Assembly: GCA_964462875.1 (NCBI GenBank)
Contig: CAYWZQ010000007.1
Location: 325-64,324, forward strand
DNA: 64,000 nt
From: an uncultured Nitrososphaerota archaeon
GTDB taxonomy: Archaea; Thermoproteota; Methanomethylicia; Culexarchaeales; Culexmicrobiaceae
Direction of reading: 5' to 3'
A program made the translations under genes and the position numbers. Under the pieces are notes generated by a model. That model had not been told where the DNA came from. It saw nothing but the letters and a program-made list of their open reading frames with translations, and did not search any database. Below are positions 51,391 through 61,127 of this stretch, in pieces (position 1 is the stretch's first letter; each line of letters opens with the position of its first letter).

Positions 51391-52401
51391 CTAGCCGAAT
51401 AGCGCGGCTAGTCCCTCAGCGATCTCTTCTTCCTCAGTTTCCTTCTCTTCTTTCTCTTTCTTCTCTTCTTTTTCTTTCTCGATTTTCTCTGGTACTTGCT
51501 GCGGGGTTATTTCGAGTAGCTTTGCTTCCGGTTTTATCTGCATTATTAGGTTTGCTAGGATTAAGGCTCTAGCAGTGGCAAGTCTAATAGACTCAACTAG
51601 GCTTTCCGGTACGGGGATGGCGGAGAGAGCCGATAGAAGTCTAGCTGCCGAAACTGCTTTCCTGAATATTATTGGGGCACTTTCACTTGTAATGAATGAT
51701 GTTTCAGCACAAACGTTTAGGGCAGCCTGATATGCTTCAGTGATTCTCCTTCTATATTCTTCAAGATCTAGGTGTAACTCATCGGCTGATAGTACATTCC
51801 CCTTGAAATATGCAACTTTAAGTTTTAGCTTTACTTCTATTGGCTTAATTCCCAGCCGCTTCAAGAGATCTGCCAATTCAGCAGATATGGTATCACCCTT
51901 TTTGACGACGACAGTATCCTTTGTTATCCATATGGAGCCCTCCTCGATTTTGACCGGTATCTTGAACATGCTGAACTTGCTCATGATTGGGCCGGGTGCA
52001 ATTCCAGTATTGCCAGCTGGAATCACTATATCATCTGGAGCTACATCCCCAGGCTTTGCTTCAGTCATTACCTTATACTTATCTAATATGAATGCGAGCG
52101 TAAATGGATTCTCATTTGAAAATATAAATGCATTTTGGCCTTTCAAGTGTTCTGCTAATTTTTCAAGCCCAACTTTTTCATTGCTACAAAGCTCAACTGC
52201 CTTTTTCATTAAGGTGTTCTTAGCGACCTTGATCAATGCAATACCCCTAAGAGCCTTTCTCAGTTCCTGCATCTGCCTTGCTCCTAAGCCATAAAGATCT
52301 GCAATAGCAATTACTTCATGGCCTAGAATTAGCTGGCATAGCTCCTTAACTCTAGCTATTTTTTCGGGCTTTACTTTCACTCTACGCTTAGCAATTAACA
52401 T
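51391..52401 (-). CDS. rpl10: 50S ribosomal protein L10/P0
   Basis: KNTL, GNTG..PGP, acidic tail GLAALFG. Confidence 0.95.
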   Translation of the reverse strand: MLIAKRRVKVKPEKIARVKELCQLILGHEVIAIADLYGLGARQMQELRKALRGIALIKVAKNTLMKKAVELCSNEKVGLEKLAEHLKGQNAFIFSNENPFTLAFILDKYKVMTEAKPGDVAPDDIVIPAGNTGIAPGPIMSKFSMFKIPVKIEEGSIWITKDTVVVKKGDTISAELADLLKRLGIKPIEVKLKLKVAYFKGNVLSADELHLDLEEYRRRITEAYQAALNVCAETSFITSESAPIIFRKAVSAARLLSALSAIPVPESLVESIRLATARALILANLIMQIKPEAKLLEITPQQVPEKIEKEKEEKKEKEEKETEEEEIAEGLAALFG

Positions 52402-52406
52402 GATCT

Positions 52407-53063
52407 TCACCTCCTTCTAAATTCAACCTTGACGGGTGGGCCCATGGTTGTTTTAACGTATATGGTTCCTATATTATAGGGGCCCTTTAATCTGCGCTCA
52501 ATAGCAGATATAACTGCTTCAGCATTTTCCGCGATCTTTTCAATGGGCATCGTTTCAGTACCAATTCTACATTGAACGAGGGGTTGGGCTCGAGTTCTTA
52601 CTCTAACAGTAGCCTTAACCCGCTTAATTGCAGCCGCAACATCTCCTGTTGGGGGAACTGGTTCAGGCATTTTACCTCTTGGACCCAAAACTGGACCTAA
52701 GCATCGACCTATAAGTGGCATGAGATCTGCCCTAGCTATGAACACATCATATTGTTTTGCAAGTTTTTTGGCTGTTTTTTTGTCGGCACCTAATCGTTCA
52801 ATATCGGCTTTACCCAAAACTAGATCAGCACCGGCCTCCTTCGCTTTAAGAGCGAAATCTCCCTCGGCGAAGACGCAAACTTTGACAGGCTTATCTACTG
52901 GATTTGGAAGGATGATCTTGGCATCGATTCTATTTTCAGGCTTTCTCATATCTAAGTCTCTTAGAACAATTATTAGGTCAACTGATTGAACGAAACGCCT
53001 CTTCTTAGAGTTTTTTAAGGCTGATTCAATTGCTTCAACTAGCTTCTCCCGTGGCACGGACAT
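52407..53063 (-). CDS. rpl1: 50S ribosomal protein L1
   Basis: F.QSVD, LGPRGKMP, KTTMGP. Confidence 0.97.
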   Translation of the reverse strand: MSVPREKLVEAIESALKNSKKRRFVQSVDLIIVLRDLDMRKPENRIDAKIILPNPVDKPVKVCVFAEGDFALKAKEAGADLVLGKADIERLGADKKTAKKLAKQYDVFIARADLMPLIGRCLGPVLGPRGKMPEPVPPTGDVAAAIKRVKATVRVRTRAQPLVQCRIGTETMPIEKIAENAEAVISAIERRLKGPYNIGTIYVKTTMGPPVKVEFRRR

Positions 53064-53068
53064 TTTTA

Positions 53069-53575
53069 TTACCTCTCACTTTCACCCTCATATCTAGATA
53101 TTAGCTCATCATATTTACCCTCATCAATTTCTCTTTGAACTACTCTTGGGTCTTTACCTTCAACTGTAACGCCCATGCTAAGGCATGTCCCAAGAATCTC
53201 TTTAATTGCACCCTTAAGTGTTTTGGCTAGTAGCTGAGGTCTTTTGATTTGAGCTATTTTAATTACTTGCTCCATGGTTAAATCTCCAATCTTCTTTTCA
53301 TGTGGTAGTCCCGATCCTTTTTCCGCTTTAACCTCCCTAATTATCAGTGCAGTTGTAGTTGGAATGCCTACTTCTACTTCGAACTCCTTGGTTTCAACAT
53401 CAACTGTTACCTTCACTGGCACTCTCATGCCGGAGAACTCTTTAGTGAGCTCATTTATTCTATTCACTACTTGCATTACATTGATTCCGAGTGGACCGAG
53501 GGCTGGACCTATTGGAGGGCCTCCTGTCGCCTTTCCTCCTTCAACGAGGAAATTAAATGTCTTCTTGGCACCCAT
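53069..53575 (-). CDS. rpl11: 50S ribosomal protein L11
   Basis: [21 protein letters not shown]. Confidence 0.97.
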   Translation of the reverse strand: MGAKKTFNFLVEGGKATGGPPIGPALGPLGINVMQVVNRINELTKEFSGMRVPVKVTVDVETKEFEVEVGIPTTTALIIREVKAEKGSGLPHEKKIGDLTMEQVIKIAQIKRPQLLAKTLKGAIKEILGTCLSMGVTVEGKDPRVVQREIDEGKYDELISRYEGESER

Positions 53576-53644
53576 GGCTGCTGGCCTCCGTCTATTTGTT
53601 TGCTAAAGTGAAATAGATGGAGTGCCACATATATTTTCCGTTAC

Positions 53645-54091
53645 CTACTTAGTGGCCTTCCTAACGGAGTCTCCGTGAACAGTTATTGGTAAGGTGTAAG
53701 CGGCTTCGAGCAATTCTAAAGTTACTTCCTCTTTAGCATAGTCTATGCGTGTGACCTTTCCCTTCATACCTCTAAATGGGCCGCTAATAATTTCCACTAT
53801 ATCCCCGATGTTCAGTCCCTCAAGGGGGGATTTGGGAACCAGGAAGCTCTCTATTTCATCTGGGTTTACCTTGCCCGGGACATATCCCTTGGCATGCTTT
53901 ATGCCTATAACGGCCTGCTCAACAAAATGAGGACTATCAGCTTCGACGAATATGAAGCCTCTAACTTCATCAGGTGAAATTATTGCTTTAATAGGTAGGG
54001 ATCTGGAGAGGCATCTGGCGAATATTAGAAGCGCAGTGCTTTTTTCTTGACCAGCAGTAGTTCTCACGGCGAAGTATGGGGCCAACTTCAT
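53645..54091 (-). CDS. spt5: Transcription elongation factor Spt5/NusG
   Basis: NGN domain (TT.GQE, G.I.VE) and KOW domain (GD.VE...GPF.G). Confidence 0.95.
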   Translation of the reverse strand: MKLAPYFAVRTTAGQEKSTALLIFARCLSRSLPIKAIISPDEVRGFIFVEADSPHFVEQAVIGIKHAKGYVPGKVNPDEIESFLVPKSPLEGLNIGDIVEIISGPFRGMKGKVTRIDYAKEEVTLELLEAAYTLPITVHGDSVRKATK

Positions 54092-54096
54092 CACCT

Positions 54097-54267
54097 TCAT
54101 GGGGGTAGGGCTTGAATTACTGTTGATAATAGCTGAATTATGAAAGCATAGGAGCCGAGCAGCAGTAAGCCTAGTAGACATATCTTCAGTGATAACATGA
54201 ATTCCTCCTTTGATGGCTTGCGGGATAGCCTGATAACTCTCTTAACAGATTCAATAAAGCTATTCAA
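54097..54267 (-). CDS. secE: Protein translocase subunit SecE/Sec61gamma
   Basis: RV..L.RKP..EEF plus one TM helix; upstream of spt5. Confidence 0.92.
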   Translation of the reverse strand: MNSFIESVKRVIRLSRKPSKEEFMLSLKICLLGLLLLGSYAFIIQLLSTVIQALPP

Positions 54268-54318
54268 CTCCCCTCCCACCTTCAAATTCAACGTTCAAGC
54301 AGTGATGCGTGAAGAGTA

Positions 54319-55254
54319 CTAAAGTAATAGAGCTAATAAGGCTTTCTGAGCATGAAGCCTATTCTCGGCTTGATCCCAAACAACCGATTTAGGACCATCA
54401 ATTACTTCATTAGTTATTTCTTGACCTCTATGAGCGGGTAAACAGTGCATTACTATAACGTCTTTAGGTGCATGCTCAAGTAGCTTCAAGTTTACTTGGT
54501 AAGGCGGGAAAATTTTTAATCTAACTTCAGCTTCAGCTTCCTGACCCATGCTAATCCAGACATCAGTATATATTACGTCAGCATCCTTGACTGCTTCAAT
54601 TGGTGAGTGAAGTACTTCAACTATAGATCCTGAGGACTCAGCGTTTCCCATTGCATAATTGAGGACCTCTTTTTTAGGCTCGTAGCCCTTTGGGCAGGCA
54701 ACTTTAATGTTAAGGCCTAGTTTTGTGCAGCCAATGAGTAGCGAATGGCACACATTATTGCATCCATCACCCACATAGGCTACATTTACACCTTCGAGTT
54801 TATCCTTCTTCTCCCATATGGTGAGCATGTCGGATAGTATTTGGCATGGATGGTACATGTCACTTAACCCATTGATCACTGGAATTGTAGCCGCACTCGC
54901 CATGTCAATTAAATCTTTGTGTGAGTAAACTCTAGCCATTATTCCATCAACATACCTACTTAGGACTCTAGCGGTATCCTCAATTGTCTCACCTCTCCTT
55001 AACTGCAAGTCATTCCAGTTTAAGTATAGGGCTTTCCCACCAAGCTGGTGCATTGCAACTTCAAATGATATTCTAGTTCTAGTTGAGGGTTTTTGAAAAA
55101 TCATTGCAAGTGTCTTTCCGGATAGAAGGGGGATTATTCTTTCACCAGCATAGAATCTCGCTTTTAACTGCTTAGCATACTCAATTATGAACTTTAGTTC
55201 TTGGGGGGTGAAGTCTTGTAGCGTTAAGAAGTCTTTCCCCTTTAAATTCACCAT
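54319..55254 (-). CDS. argF: Ornithine carbamoyltransferase
   Basis: STRTR.SFE, HPCQ, YTDVW.SMG, HCLP, QAENR. Confidence 0.95.
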   Translation of the reverse strand: MVNLKGKDFLTLQDFTPQELKFIIEYAKQLKARFYAGERIIPLLSGKTLAMIFQKPSTRTRISFEVAMHQLGGKALYLNWNDLQLRRGETIEDTARVLSRYVDGIMARVYSHKDLIDMASAATIPVINGLSDMYHPCQILSDMLTIWEKKDKLEGVNVAYVGDGCNNVCHSLLIGCTKLGLNIKVACPKGYEPKKEVLNYAMGNAESSGSIVEVLHSPIEAVKDADVIYTDVWISMGQEAEAEVRLKIFPPYQVNLKLLEHAPKDVIVMHCLPAHRGQEITNEVIDGPKSVVWDQAENRLHAQKALLALLL

Positions 55255-55322
55255 TACATGCACCCATGTGAAATAAGGGAGTACAGGTCTAATAAATGTT
55301 TGAATATTAGGAACTTGACTTT

Positions 55323-56246
55323 TCATTCACTCAATAATTGAGATATTAGCCATTGAGGGGTGAAGCGAACTAGGTCTTCATAGTTCGGTCCGACACCCAA
55401 ATATATTATGGGCTTCTTAGTTGCATATAGGACAGATATTGCGGTTCCACCTTTAACATCGGCGTCAACTTTAGTGAGTATTGAAGCATTAACACCTACC
55501 TCTTCATTAAACTTCTCTGCTTGAAAGAGAGCATCATTACCTGCAAGTGCATCGCCAACAAAGACCACTAGGTCTGAGCTTATTACTCTGACTATTTTCT
55601 TGAGCTCATCCATTAGATCTCGATCAGTTTGCATTCTACCAGCAGTATCAATTAGCACTACTGGTATGCGATGAGCTTCAGCGTGATGAGCTGCGTCATA
55701 TGCTACTGCTGCTGGGTCAGCTCCATATTTATGTTTAATCATTTTAAGCCCAAGTTTTCTAGCATGATATGCCAACTGCTCTTCGGCTCCAGCTCTAAAC
55801 GTATCACTGCAAGCTAAAATGCTGAGTATTCCTCTTTTCTTTAGCATGTAGGCTATCTTTGCGATTGTGGTTGTTTTGCCACTGCCGTTAACTCCAACGA
55901 AAACCATTTTGACGGGTATTTCTCCGCTCTTTATTCGATGCTCAATGAGATTTATCAGGTCAAGATCTCCAGCTTCACTAATTATTTTAAGAATTGCATT
56001 TTCAATAGCTCTCTTAACTAGTAGCTCTATGTTTTCGCTGAAACGCTTAACTTTAGCACCTATGAGCTCTTTTCCAACTTCGCGGGCTATATACTCGGCA
56101 ACGGGGTATGAAACATCGCATTCAATAAGCTTTAATTGCCAATTAAATAGTTCTTCTTCTAGCTCGGATTCACTCAAAGTTTTATATGAAACTGCTTCTA
56201 TTAAGTGCTTTAGCGCTTCTTTGAATTTTTGAAACAAGTCCTTCAC
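55323..56246 (-). CDS. ftsY: Signal recognition particle receptor FtsY
   Basis: GVNGSGKTTT, DTFRAGA, DTAGR, TKVDAD.KGG. Confidence 0.96.
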   Translation of the reverse strand: MKDLFQKFKEALKHLIEAVSYKTLSESELEEELFNWQLKLIECDVSYPVAEYIAREVGKELIGAKVKRFSENIELLVKRAIENAILKIISEAGDLDLINLIEHRIKSGEIPVKMVFVGVNGSGKTTTIAKIAYMLKKRGILSILACSDTFRAGAEEQLAYHARKLGLKMIKHKYGADPAAVAYDAAHHAEAHRIPVVLIDTAGRMQTDRDLMDELKKIVRVISSDLVVFVGDALAGNDALFQAEKFNEEVGVNASILTKVDADVKGGTAISVLYATKKPIIYLGVGPNYEDLVRFTPQWLISQLLSE

Positions 56247-56686
56247 CTTTGCTCCTGATAGCTCCTAGCCAATCTATTGAGCTCAGCTTGTAATATGGAA
56301 ATCCTGTTTGCTATTTCTTCAAGTTTCTTTTGGGTGGCCAGTTGCTCTCTTTGAAGTTGGAGTATGTGATTCTCAAGGTAGTCTTCAATATTTGAAATGG
56401 GCTTTTTGACCATGACTCCCGAGCCCACATTTAAAAGGGCATTTTCATTGTCTACTATTTGAACGTTTATCATGACAAGTGAGCCTAAGGGTATTAATAT
56501 GCTTGATCCCGTTTCGACTTCCTTAATTGTCTTCAGGGTATCCAGAGTTAGCTGTGCGTCAGTTATCATTTTAACTAGATTTTCTTGGTGCCTTTGAAGG
56601 GCTTCTGCAACCGAATTTAACATGTTGAGCTCAGCGTAGAGTCTACTTATCTTTTCATTCAGCTCAGATCTTGATTGGCTACTCAT
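56243..56686 (-). CDS. pfdA: Prefoldin alpha subunit
   Basis: Coiled coils flanking 'ILIPLGS...VGSG' beta hairpins; conserved operon position. Confidence 0.9.
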   Translation of the reverse strand: MSSQSRSELNEKISRLYAELNMLNSVAEALQRHQENLVKMITDAQLTLDTLKTIKEVETGSSILIPLGSLVMINVQIVDNENALLNVGSGVMVKKPISNIEDYLENHILQLQREQLATQKKLEEIANRISILQAELNRLARSYQEQR

Positions 56687-56930
56687 GGGACTTCAGCTCC
56701 ATAATGCTTTTAATTAACAAGTTTTTCGTTTCCTCTGGCGGTATTATGCTTATGCTCTTAATGTGTATGTGAGCGCGTTTAACTTTGTGTAGTCCGCTGA
56801 GAGTGGAGTATACTCTCTCGATTGCATGTTCCGCTTTGAGAGCTGGAATATCAATTACAAATCTCTGCCACTCACCAGTTCTTAGGAGAATTCTCCCTTC
56901 AATTCTATAAACCTTAACTTCTCCCGCCAA
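56679..56930 (-). CDS. rplX: 50S ribosomal protein L18Ae/LX
   Basis: KVYRI.G, A.E.VYS...H.VKR..I.I. Confidence 0.92.
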   Translation of the reverse strand: MAGEVKVYRIEGRILLRTGEWQRFVIDIPALKAEHAIERVYSTLSGLHKVKRAHIHIKSISIIPPEETKNLLIKSIMELKSHE

Positions 56931-56936
56931 TACGTA

Positions 56937-57608
56937 TCAACCCTCCACCAGTCCAAGAGACCTCTCTATATGTGCCAGCTCAGGTCCAGTTGTGGCTTCC
57001 CCAACTAAAGCGCCGTGCGAGTTTGCCACGGCGCCTATTCCAACAAATGGGTAGCCTGCATTAACTGTTCCAACGTCAAAGTTCACTTTAAATATTTCGC
57101 TCATACTTTTTAGCTCTTCCTCACTGGCTAGTGGATGTACTAGTCCACCTTTATTTGTCACTAATGCTGCTGCACCAACAATTGGCATTCCAGCGATTAA
57201 AAACTCAACTACCTCTACTCCCAGCACGTCTTCAATTACCTTTTTAGCTTTAACCTCCAATTCTGGATGTACTAATGCAGCTCTATTATTTACTAGAACT
57301 ATGTTTCCTAGGGCAGTCTTCTTGCTTGGAAGCACATCAACATTCACTTTGAGAGCCGATTTCAGAAGCGCTATTTCATCACTAGTTGCATAGTATGGTA
57401 ATAGAATGCCATTAGAATTTCCAACTGCTAGTGCACCTATAAGAACGGACTCCCCAATCCTAGTTTTAACTACAGGTACTTTAAGAACTTCCTCAACTAC
57501 TCTTACTGTTTTGTCCATTACATCTGGTGGTAGAAGCACATAAGAATCTGTTGCTAAGCAGAATACTCCTATACAATGGCTACCATAAATCGTTAAACGC
57601 TCAATCAA
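56937..57608 (-). CDS. eif6: Translation initiation factor aIF-6
   Basis: IGVF, GNSNG, GTVN.G, G..TTGPE. Confidence 0.95.
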   Translation of the reverse strand: MIERLTIYGSHCIGVFCLATDSYVLLPPDVMDKTVRVVEEVLKVPVVKTRIGESVLIGALAVGNSNGILLPYYATSDEIALLKSALKVNVDVLPSKKTALGNIVLVNNRAALVHPELEVKAKKVIEDVLGVEVVEFLIAGMPIVGAAALVTNKGGLVHPLASEEELKSMSEIFKVNFDVGTVNAGYPFVGIGAVANSHGALVGEATTGPELAHIERSLGLVEG

Positions 57609-57618
57609 CTCTCAAGAC

Positions 57619-57903
57619 CTACTCCTCTTTCTCTGCTAAGTAAACTTTAACGGTTCCATTTTCCTCCTTAACAGCCCTCACTCTAATTCGCCTTGGAGGC
57701 TTCTTTTTACCCCTACTCCAAATAGCCTCGTTTACCTCAGGTGAAATCCACACCCGCTCAGCTTTCATATGCCTCTCAATGAAACTCCTCAGAAACCTTA
57801 TTGCTCTGGGTACTCTCTTAGGTCTAGGTACTTGGAAAGCTATTCTGAATGGAATAGTGTAGATCCTTTCTTCAATTATCCTAGCTTTCTCCTCACTCAA
57901 CAT
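57619..57903 (-). CDS. rpl31e: 50S ribosomal protein L31e
   Basis: ERIYTIP, RA...R.F..RHM, VN..IW.RG...PP..IRV. Confidence 0.95.
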   Translation of the reverse strand: MLSEEKARIIEERIYTIPFRIAFQVPRPKRVPRAIRFLRSFIERHMKAERVWISPEVNEAIWSRGKKKPPRRIRVRAVKEENGTVKVYLAEKEE

Positions 57904-57912
57904 AAATCCCCC

Positions 57913-58068
57913 TTAAAGCTGTAATCGACTTCTACGCCAATGTCTCTGCTTCGGATGCCTTCTAAATTTCCCTCTAGTCTTAATTATCACCCAGAAGGGT
58001 ACGGGTGAATTTTGCTTTAATGCTCTTGCAAGCCTGCGTTTTTTAGCTGCAGGTTTGTTCCTAGCCAT
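57913..58068 (-). CDS. rpl39e: 50S ribosomal protein L39e
   Basis: Manual translation [51 protein letters not shown]; below the ORF-track cut-off. Confidence 0.96.
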   Translation of the reverse strand: MARNKPAAKKRRLARALKQNSPVPFWVIIKTRGKFRRHPKQRHWRRSRLQL

Positions 58069-58085
58069 TAAGCCACCTCCCAAAG

Positions 58086-58418
58086 CTACTTTCTCTTAAA
58101 TATTATTCGAGTAGGCCTATGCCGACCTGATAACCTGACTAAAATAGCTTTCAACTGCTCATCAGTTATAGGAGTTGGTATTCTACCTGCACGAGCCAAA
58201 TTTATTAATTGAATTTCAAGTTGCTCAGCAAACTCTGGGCGGACCATCTTTAAGTTCATAAGTCTACTTCTAGCTTTAGGCGTGAGAATTGCGCGGAGAA
58301 TTGCTTGCTTTTCAGCTTCAAGCTGCTCTCTCCTTCTAGCCTCCTCTATTCTCCTCTGGAGCTCCAGTAGTTTTCTGCGTCTAATGGCTTCAAGCTCCTC
58401 GTCTTCAACTTCAACCAT
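58086..58418 (-). CDS. PDCD5-like DNA-binding protein
   Basis: [19 protein letters not shown]...RPE, I.DE.LK.IL. Confidence 0.93.
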   Translation of the reverse strand: MVEVEDEELEAIRRRKLLELQRRIEEARRREQLEAEKQAILRAILTPKARSRLMNLKMVRPEFAEQLEIQLINLARAGRIPTPITDEQLKAILVRLSGRHRPTRIIFKRK

Positions 58419-58441
58419 TAACTACACCTCAGCCGTGAAAT

Positions 58442-58909
58442 TTAGGTTGGGGCAACATATTTCTTTAACTCAGGCATTTTCTTTTGCAGCTCCCTAAAAA
58501 CTCTATGTGATAGCCTATCTAGAAGCGATTTACCCTCAGGTGTGAGCACTCTACCTTTACCCTCAATTTTAATTACCAAGCCTGCAGCCTCCAGCTGCTG
58601 GAGAGCTTTCCTGACAACTGCACCACTACCTTTTCTGAAGTGTTCTTTTCTAGTTCCTCTACGCTTTCTACCGCCATAGGCCGTTCTCAGCCTTGAAACT
58701 CCAACTGGCCCATAAATGTAGAGCTTCCTTAGGATAGATGCGCACCTAATATACCACCAATCAGGGTTTTGAGGAGGCCTTTCCTTGTGGACGCCTGTCT
58801 TGACAAAGGTAGCCCATGGAGGAGGCTTTATTTGCGGATAGTTTTCCTTCAAGTACTTTGCCAGTACATTAATTAGTAGCTGTGGGGGCACGCTATATGG
58901 TGTTGCCAT
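58442..58909 (-). CDS. rps19e: 30S ribosomal protein S19e
   Basis: P.W..FVKTG.HKERPP, WWY.R.AS..RK, LQQLE. Confidence 0.97.
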   Translation of the reverse strand: MATPYSVPPQLLINVLAKYLKENYPQIKPPPWATFVKTGVHKERPPQNPDWWYIRCASILRKLYIYGPVGVSRLRTAYGGRKRRGTRKEHFRKGSGAVVRKALQQLEAAGLVIKIEGKGRVLTPEGKSLLDRLSHRVFRELQKKMPELKKYVAPT

Positions 58910-58960
58910 GGTCTTCCACCTTAAATAAATTGAAAGCTGAATCTGAGCTTGAAAGTACGC

Positions 58961-59266
58961 CTACTCCTTATAAAGTCTTCGCCTCCTCCTATACAGTACT
59001 GCAGTATAGCCTCTAATGTCTATTAGCTCGGCATTTACTGCCTCAGCAAGCTTTCTAGCAAGCTCTTTTCTACTGCACTTTTCAACTTGAAGTGCACTCT
59101 TCAAGAATCTAACCTTGATCACCTCGTGCTCTTCCAATTGCCGATCAACTTCACTTATAACTTCAGCTGATAATCCCTTTTTACCAATGTGCACGTGCGG
59201 CTTCATTTGCTGAATTAAATCAGCAATTCTACGCTTCTCCTTGGGTGGTAGTTTCAAGGTGAACAC
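58961..59266 (-). CDS. YhbY/CRM RNA-binding protein
   Basis: IGK.GL....I.E....L..HE.IKV, G...VLY. Confidence 0.9.
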   Translation of the reverse strand: MFTLKLPPKEKRRIADLIQQMKPHVHIGKKGLSAEVISEVDRQLEEHEVIKVRFLKSALQVEKCSRKELARKLAEAVNAELIDIRGYTAVLYRRRRRLYKE

Positions 59267-59309
59267 AGGCCTCTCTTAAAAGCTGTGTGAACTGAGACTT
59301 AAATTTATC

Positions 59310-59621
59310 TTATCTCTTATATGGATAACGCATTTGCCTGCCGCAATTGAGACAGGTAACGACTACATGGGGCATTCTATTAGAGCGAACTCGAACTCTA
59401 CAATTAACTCCCGGCCAGAGAAAAGAATAGCAGTGATGACAAAATCTTCTCCGCCACTTTCTCGGTATCCTAACTTTACACCTCATACTGATTTTGCGGG
59501 CCAGCTCAACGTATCTATTGGCTAAAGCGGGATTTTCAAGAAAAACTTGTTCAGCTAGCTGAAATAGCCTATCAATTCTCTGACGCGCAATATCCCTCAC
59601 CAAGCGCGACACAAAGAACAC
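59310..59621 (-). CDS. rnp4: RNase P protein component Rpp21
   Basis: IA..RI..L, RYV.LA..I, FC..C...PG...R.R, C..CG...R. Confidence 0.93.
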   Translation of the reverse strand: MFFVSRLVRDIARQRIDRLFQLAEQVFLENPALANRYVELARKISMRCKVRIPRKWRRRFCHHCYSFLWPGVNCRVRVRSNRMPHVVVTCLNCGRQMRYPYKR

Positions 59622-59661
59622 CGAAATAATTAAGGGTTTAGAGCTAAAAAGTTAGTCGACC

Positions 59662-60363
59662 ATGACCCATTTACACATAGTAATCGCTGAGGCAGCACTA
59701 GAGCTCATACCGAAAGAGATTAGAGGGCATCCATCAGTAATTAAGCATGCAAAGAAGAGGAAGAAAAAGCCTGGAGAAATACTGTTAGATGTATCATACC
59801 ACTATTACGCAATGAAAAATCTAGATGAGAAATGGAAGAGAGGAAGACCAGACATTATTCACACAACTCTTCTACAAATACTCGGTTCACCTGCAAATCT
59901 CGAAGGACACTTGGAAACCTACATACATACCATAAATGATAAAGTGATTTACATTAAGCCCGAAACCAGATTGCCAAGAAACTACTTGAGATTTACAGGA
60001 TTAATGGAACAGCTACTAGTTGAAGGGAAAGTTCCACCGAAATCAGAGAACCCATTAATGTGGGTGGAAGAGAAGAAGCTGAGTCAACTAATAAGCGAAA
60101 TTAGGTCAAGCAAAACAGTGCTATTGACAACAGAAGGAGAACAGTATACTCCACGGAAATTAGCAAGAATATTAGCGAACGAGGAGAAGCCAATTTTAAT
60201 TATAGGTGGATTCCCGCATGGAACATTTAGAGAAGAAACACTGCAACTAGCAGATATCAAGGCATGCATATATCCAAAACCACTAGACACATGGGTAGTA
60301 GCATCACTAGTAATTCACGCATATGAACTTGAAAAGAAAATCTATGAAAAAGCATGGTTATAG
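59662..60363 (+). CDS. nep1: rRNA small subunit pseudouridine methyltransferase Nep1/Emg1
   Basis: RGRPDI.H, R.PRNY.RF.GLM.QL, IGGFPHG SPOUT motif. Confidence 0.95.
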   Translation: MTHLHIVIAEAALELIPKEIRGHPSVIKHAKKRKKKPGEILLDVSYHYYAMKNLDEKWKRGRPDIIHTTLLQILGSPANLEGHLETYIHTINDKVIYIKPETRLPRNYLRFTGLMEQLLVEGKVPPKSENPLMWVEEKKLSQLISEIRSSKTVLLTTEGEQYTPRKLARILANEEKPILIIGGFPHGTFREETLQLADIKACIYPKPLDTWVVASLVIHAYELEKKIYEKAWL

Positions 60364-60427
60364 CTTCAGAATTTCCAGCTCAATTCATTGGTTTTTACCT
60401 CATTGACCCTCTTATCATCATCAGCTA
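60361..60427 (-). ncRNA. C/D-box methylation guide sRNA (D' guide complementary to the 23S rRNA H69 region)
   Basis: Minus strand: TAGCT stem, C box ATGATGA, guide TAAGAGGGTCA, D' ATGA, GGT-AAAA-ACC hairpin, weak C', guide, D box CTGA, AGCTA stem. Confidence 0.8.
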
Positions 60428-60588
60428 GTGGAAAGTAGAGAAAAGCGGAAAATAAAGTTAGCGCATCACCGAGAGTTGCTAGCTACCCAAGGCTTATGAA
60501 TATGGCTAAACATGGAATTAAACTTGAGTAAAGCCTTAAATTCAAAAGCTACTATTTAAATCACGAGGGAAATTAGAGGGAAAAGAAA

Positions 60589-61005
60589 TTGCAAATAAAA
60601 ATTTTAATAACAAGTGTATCAGCCGAGCGTTTATGGCCATTAGATAAGCCATATCCACCAAAACTACAGATAAGCACAAATTTGAATATTGTAAATTTAA
60701 AAGCAATAAGTGAAACAATAGTAGAAGCAGAATTCATATATACAGCAAATTATAGTCCACCAATAGCTCAAATAACAATGAAGGGAACCATTAAAATGGC
60801 AGGAAGCAAAGATGAAATAACAAAATTAGTAGAGAAACACCAAAAGAAGCAGATGCCACCAACCTTTATTCAGCCACTCATAAACACTGTGATAACTGAA
60901 GCAGTAATATTAGCCAAAACAATAGGTGCACCACCACCAATACCACTACCAACAATACCAACCAAACCAATAAAGCAGGGAAAAACATTAACCTACCACA
61001 CTTAA
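60589..61005 (+). CDS. Conserved archaeal hypothetical protein (possible SecB-like fold)
   Basis: 'F.Y..NY.P.IA.I...G' and C-terminal 'G.PPPIPLP' pattern seen in archaeal hypotheticals; TTG start with RBS-like GAGGG. Confidence 0.65.
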   Translation: MQIKILITSVSAERLWPLDKPYPPKLQISTNLNIVNLKAISETIVEAEFIYTANYSPPIAQITMKGTIKMAGSKDEITKLVEKHQKKQMPPTFIQPLINTVITEAVILAKTIGAPPPIPLPTIPTKPIKQGKTLTYHT

Positions 61006-61127
61006 AGTTTAACAACTCAAGCATGGCAAGGTAGAATCAAAGTACCATGAAACAAAAGACACTAAACACTTAAATACAAAAAACACCTTGATATCACGTT
61101 CAAAACTTTCATTGGAGAGTTAAGTCC

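Noticed and set aside
50998-51450. Near-identical ~40-bp stretches at the 3' ends of rpl12 (~51000-51040) and rpl10 (~51393-51436)
   Set aside because: Explained by the shared conserved C-terminal peptide [12 protein letters not shown] of stalk proteins P0 and P1; not a mobile or CRISPR repeat
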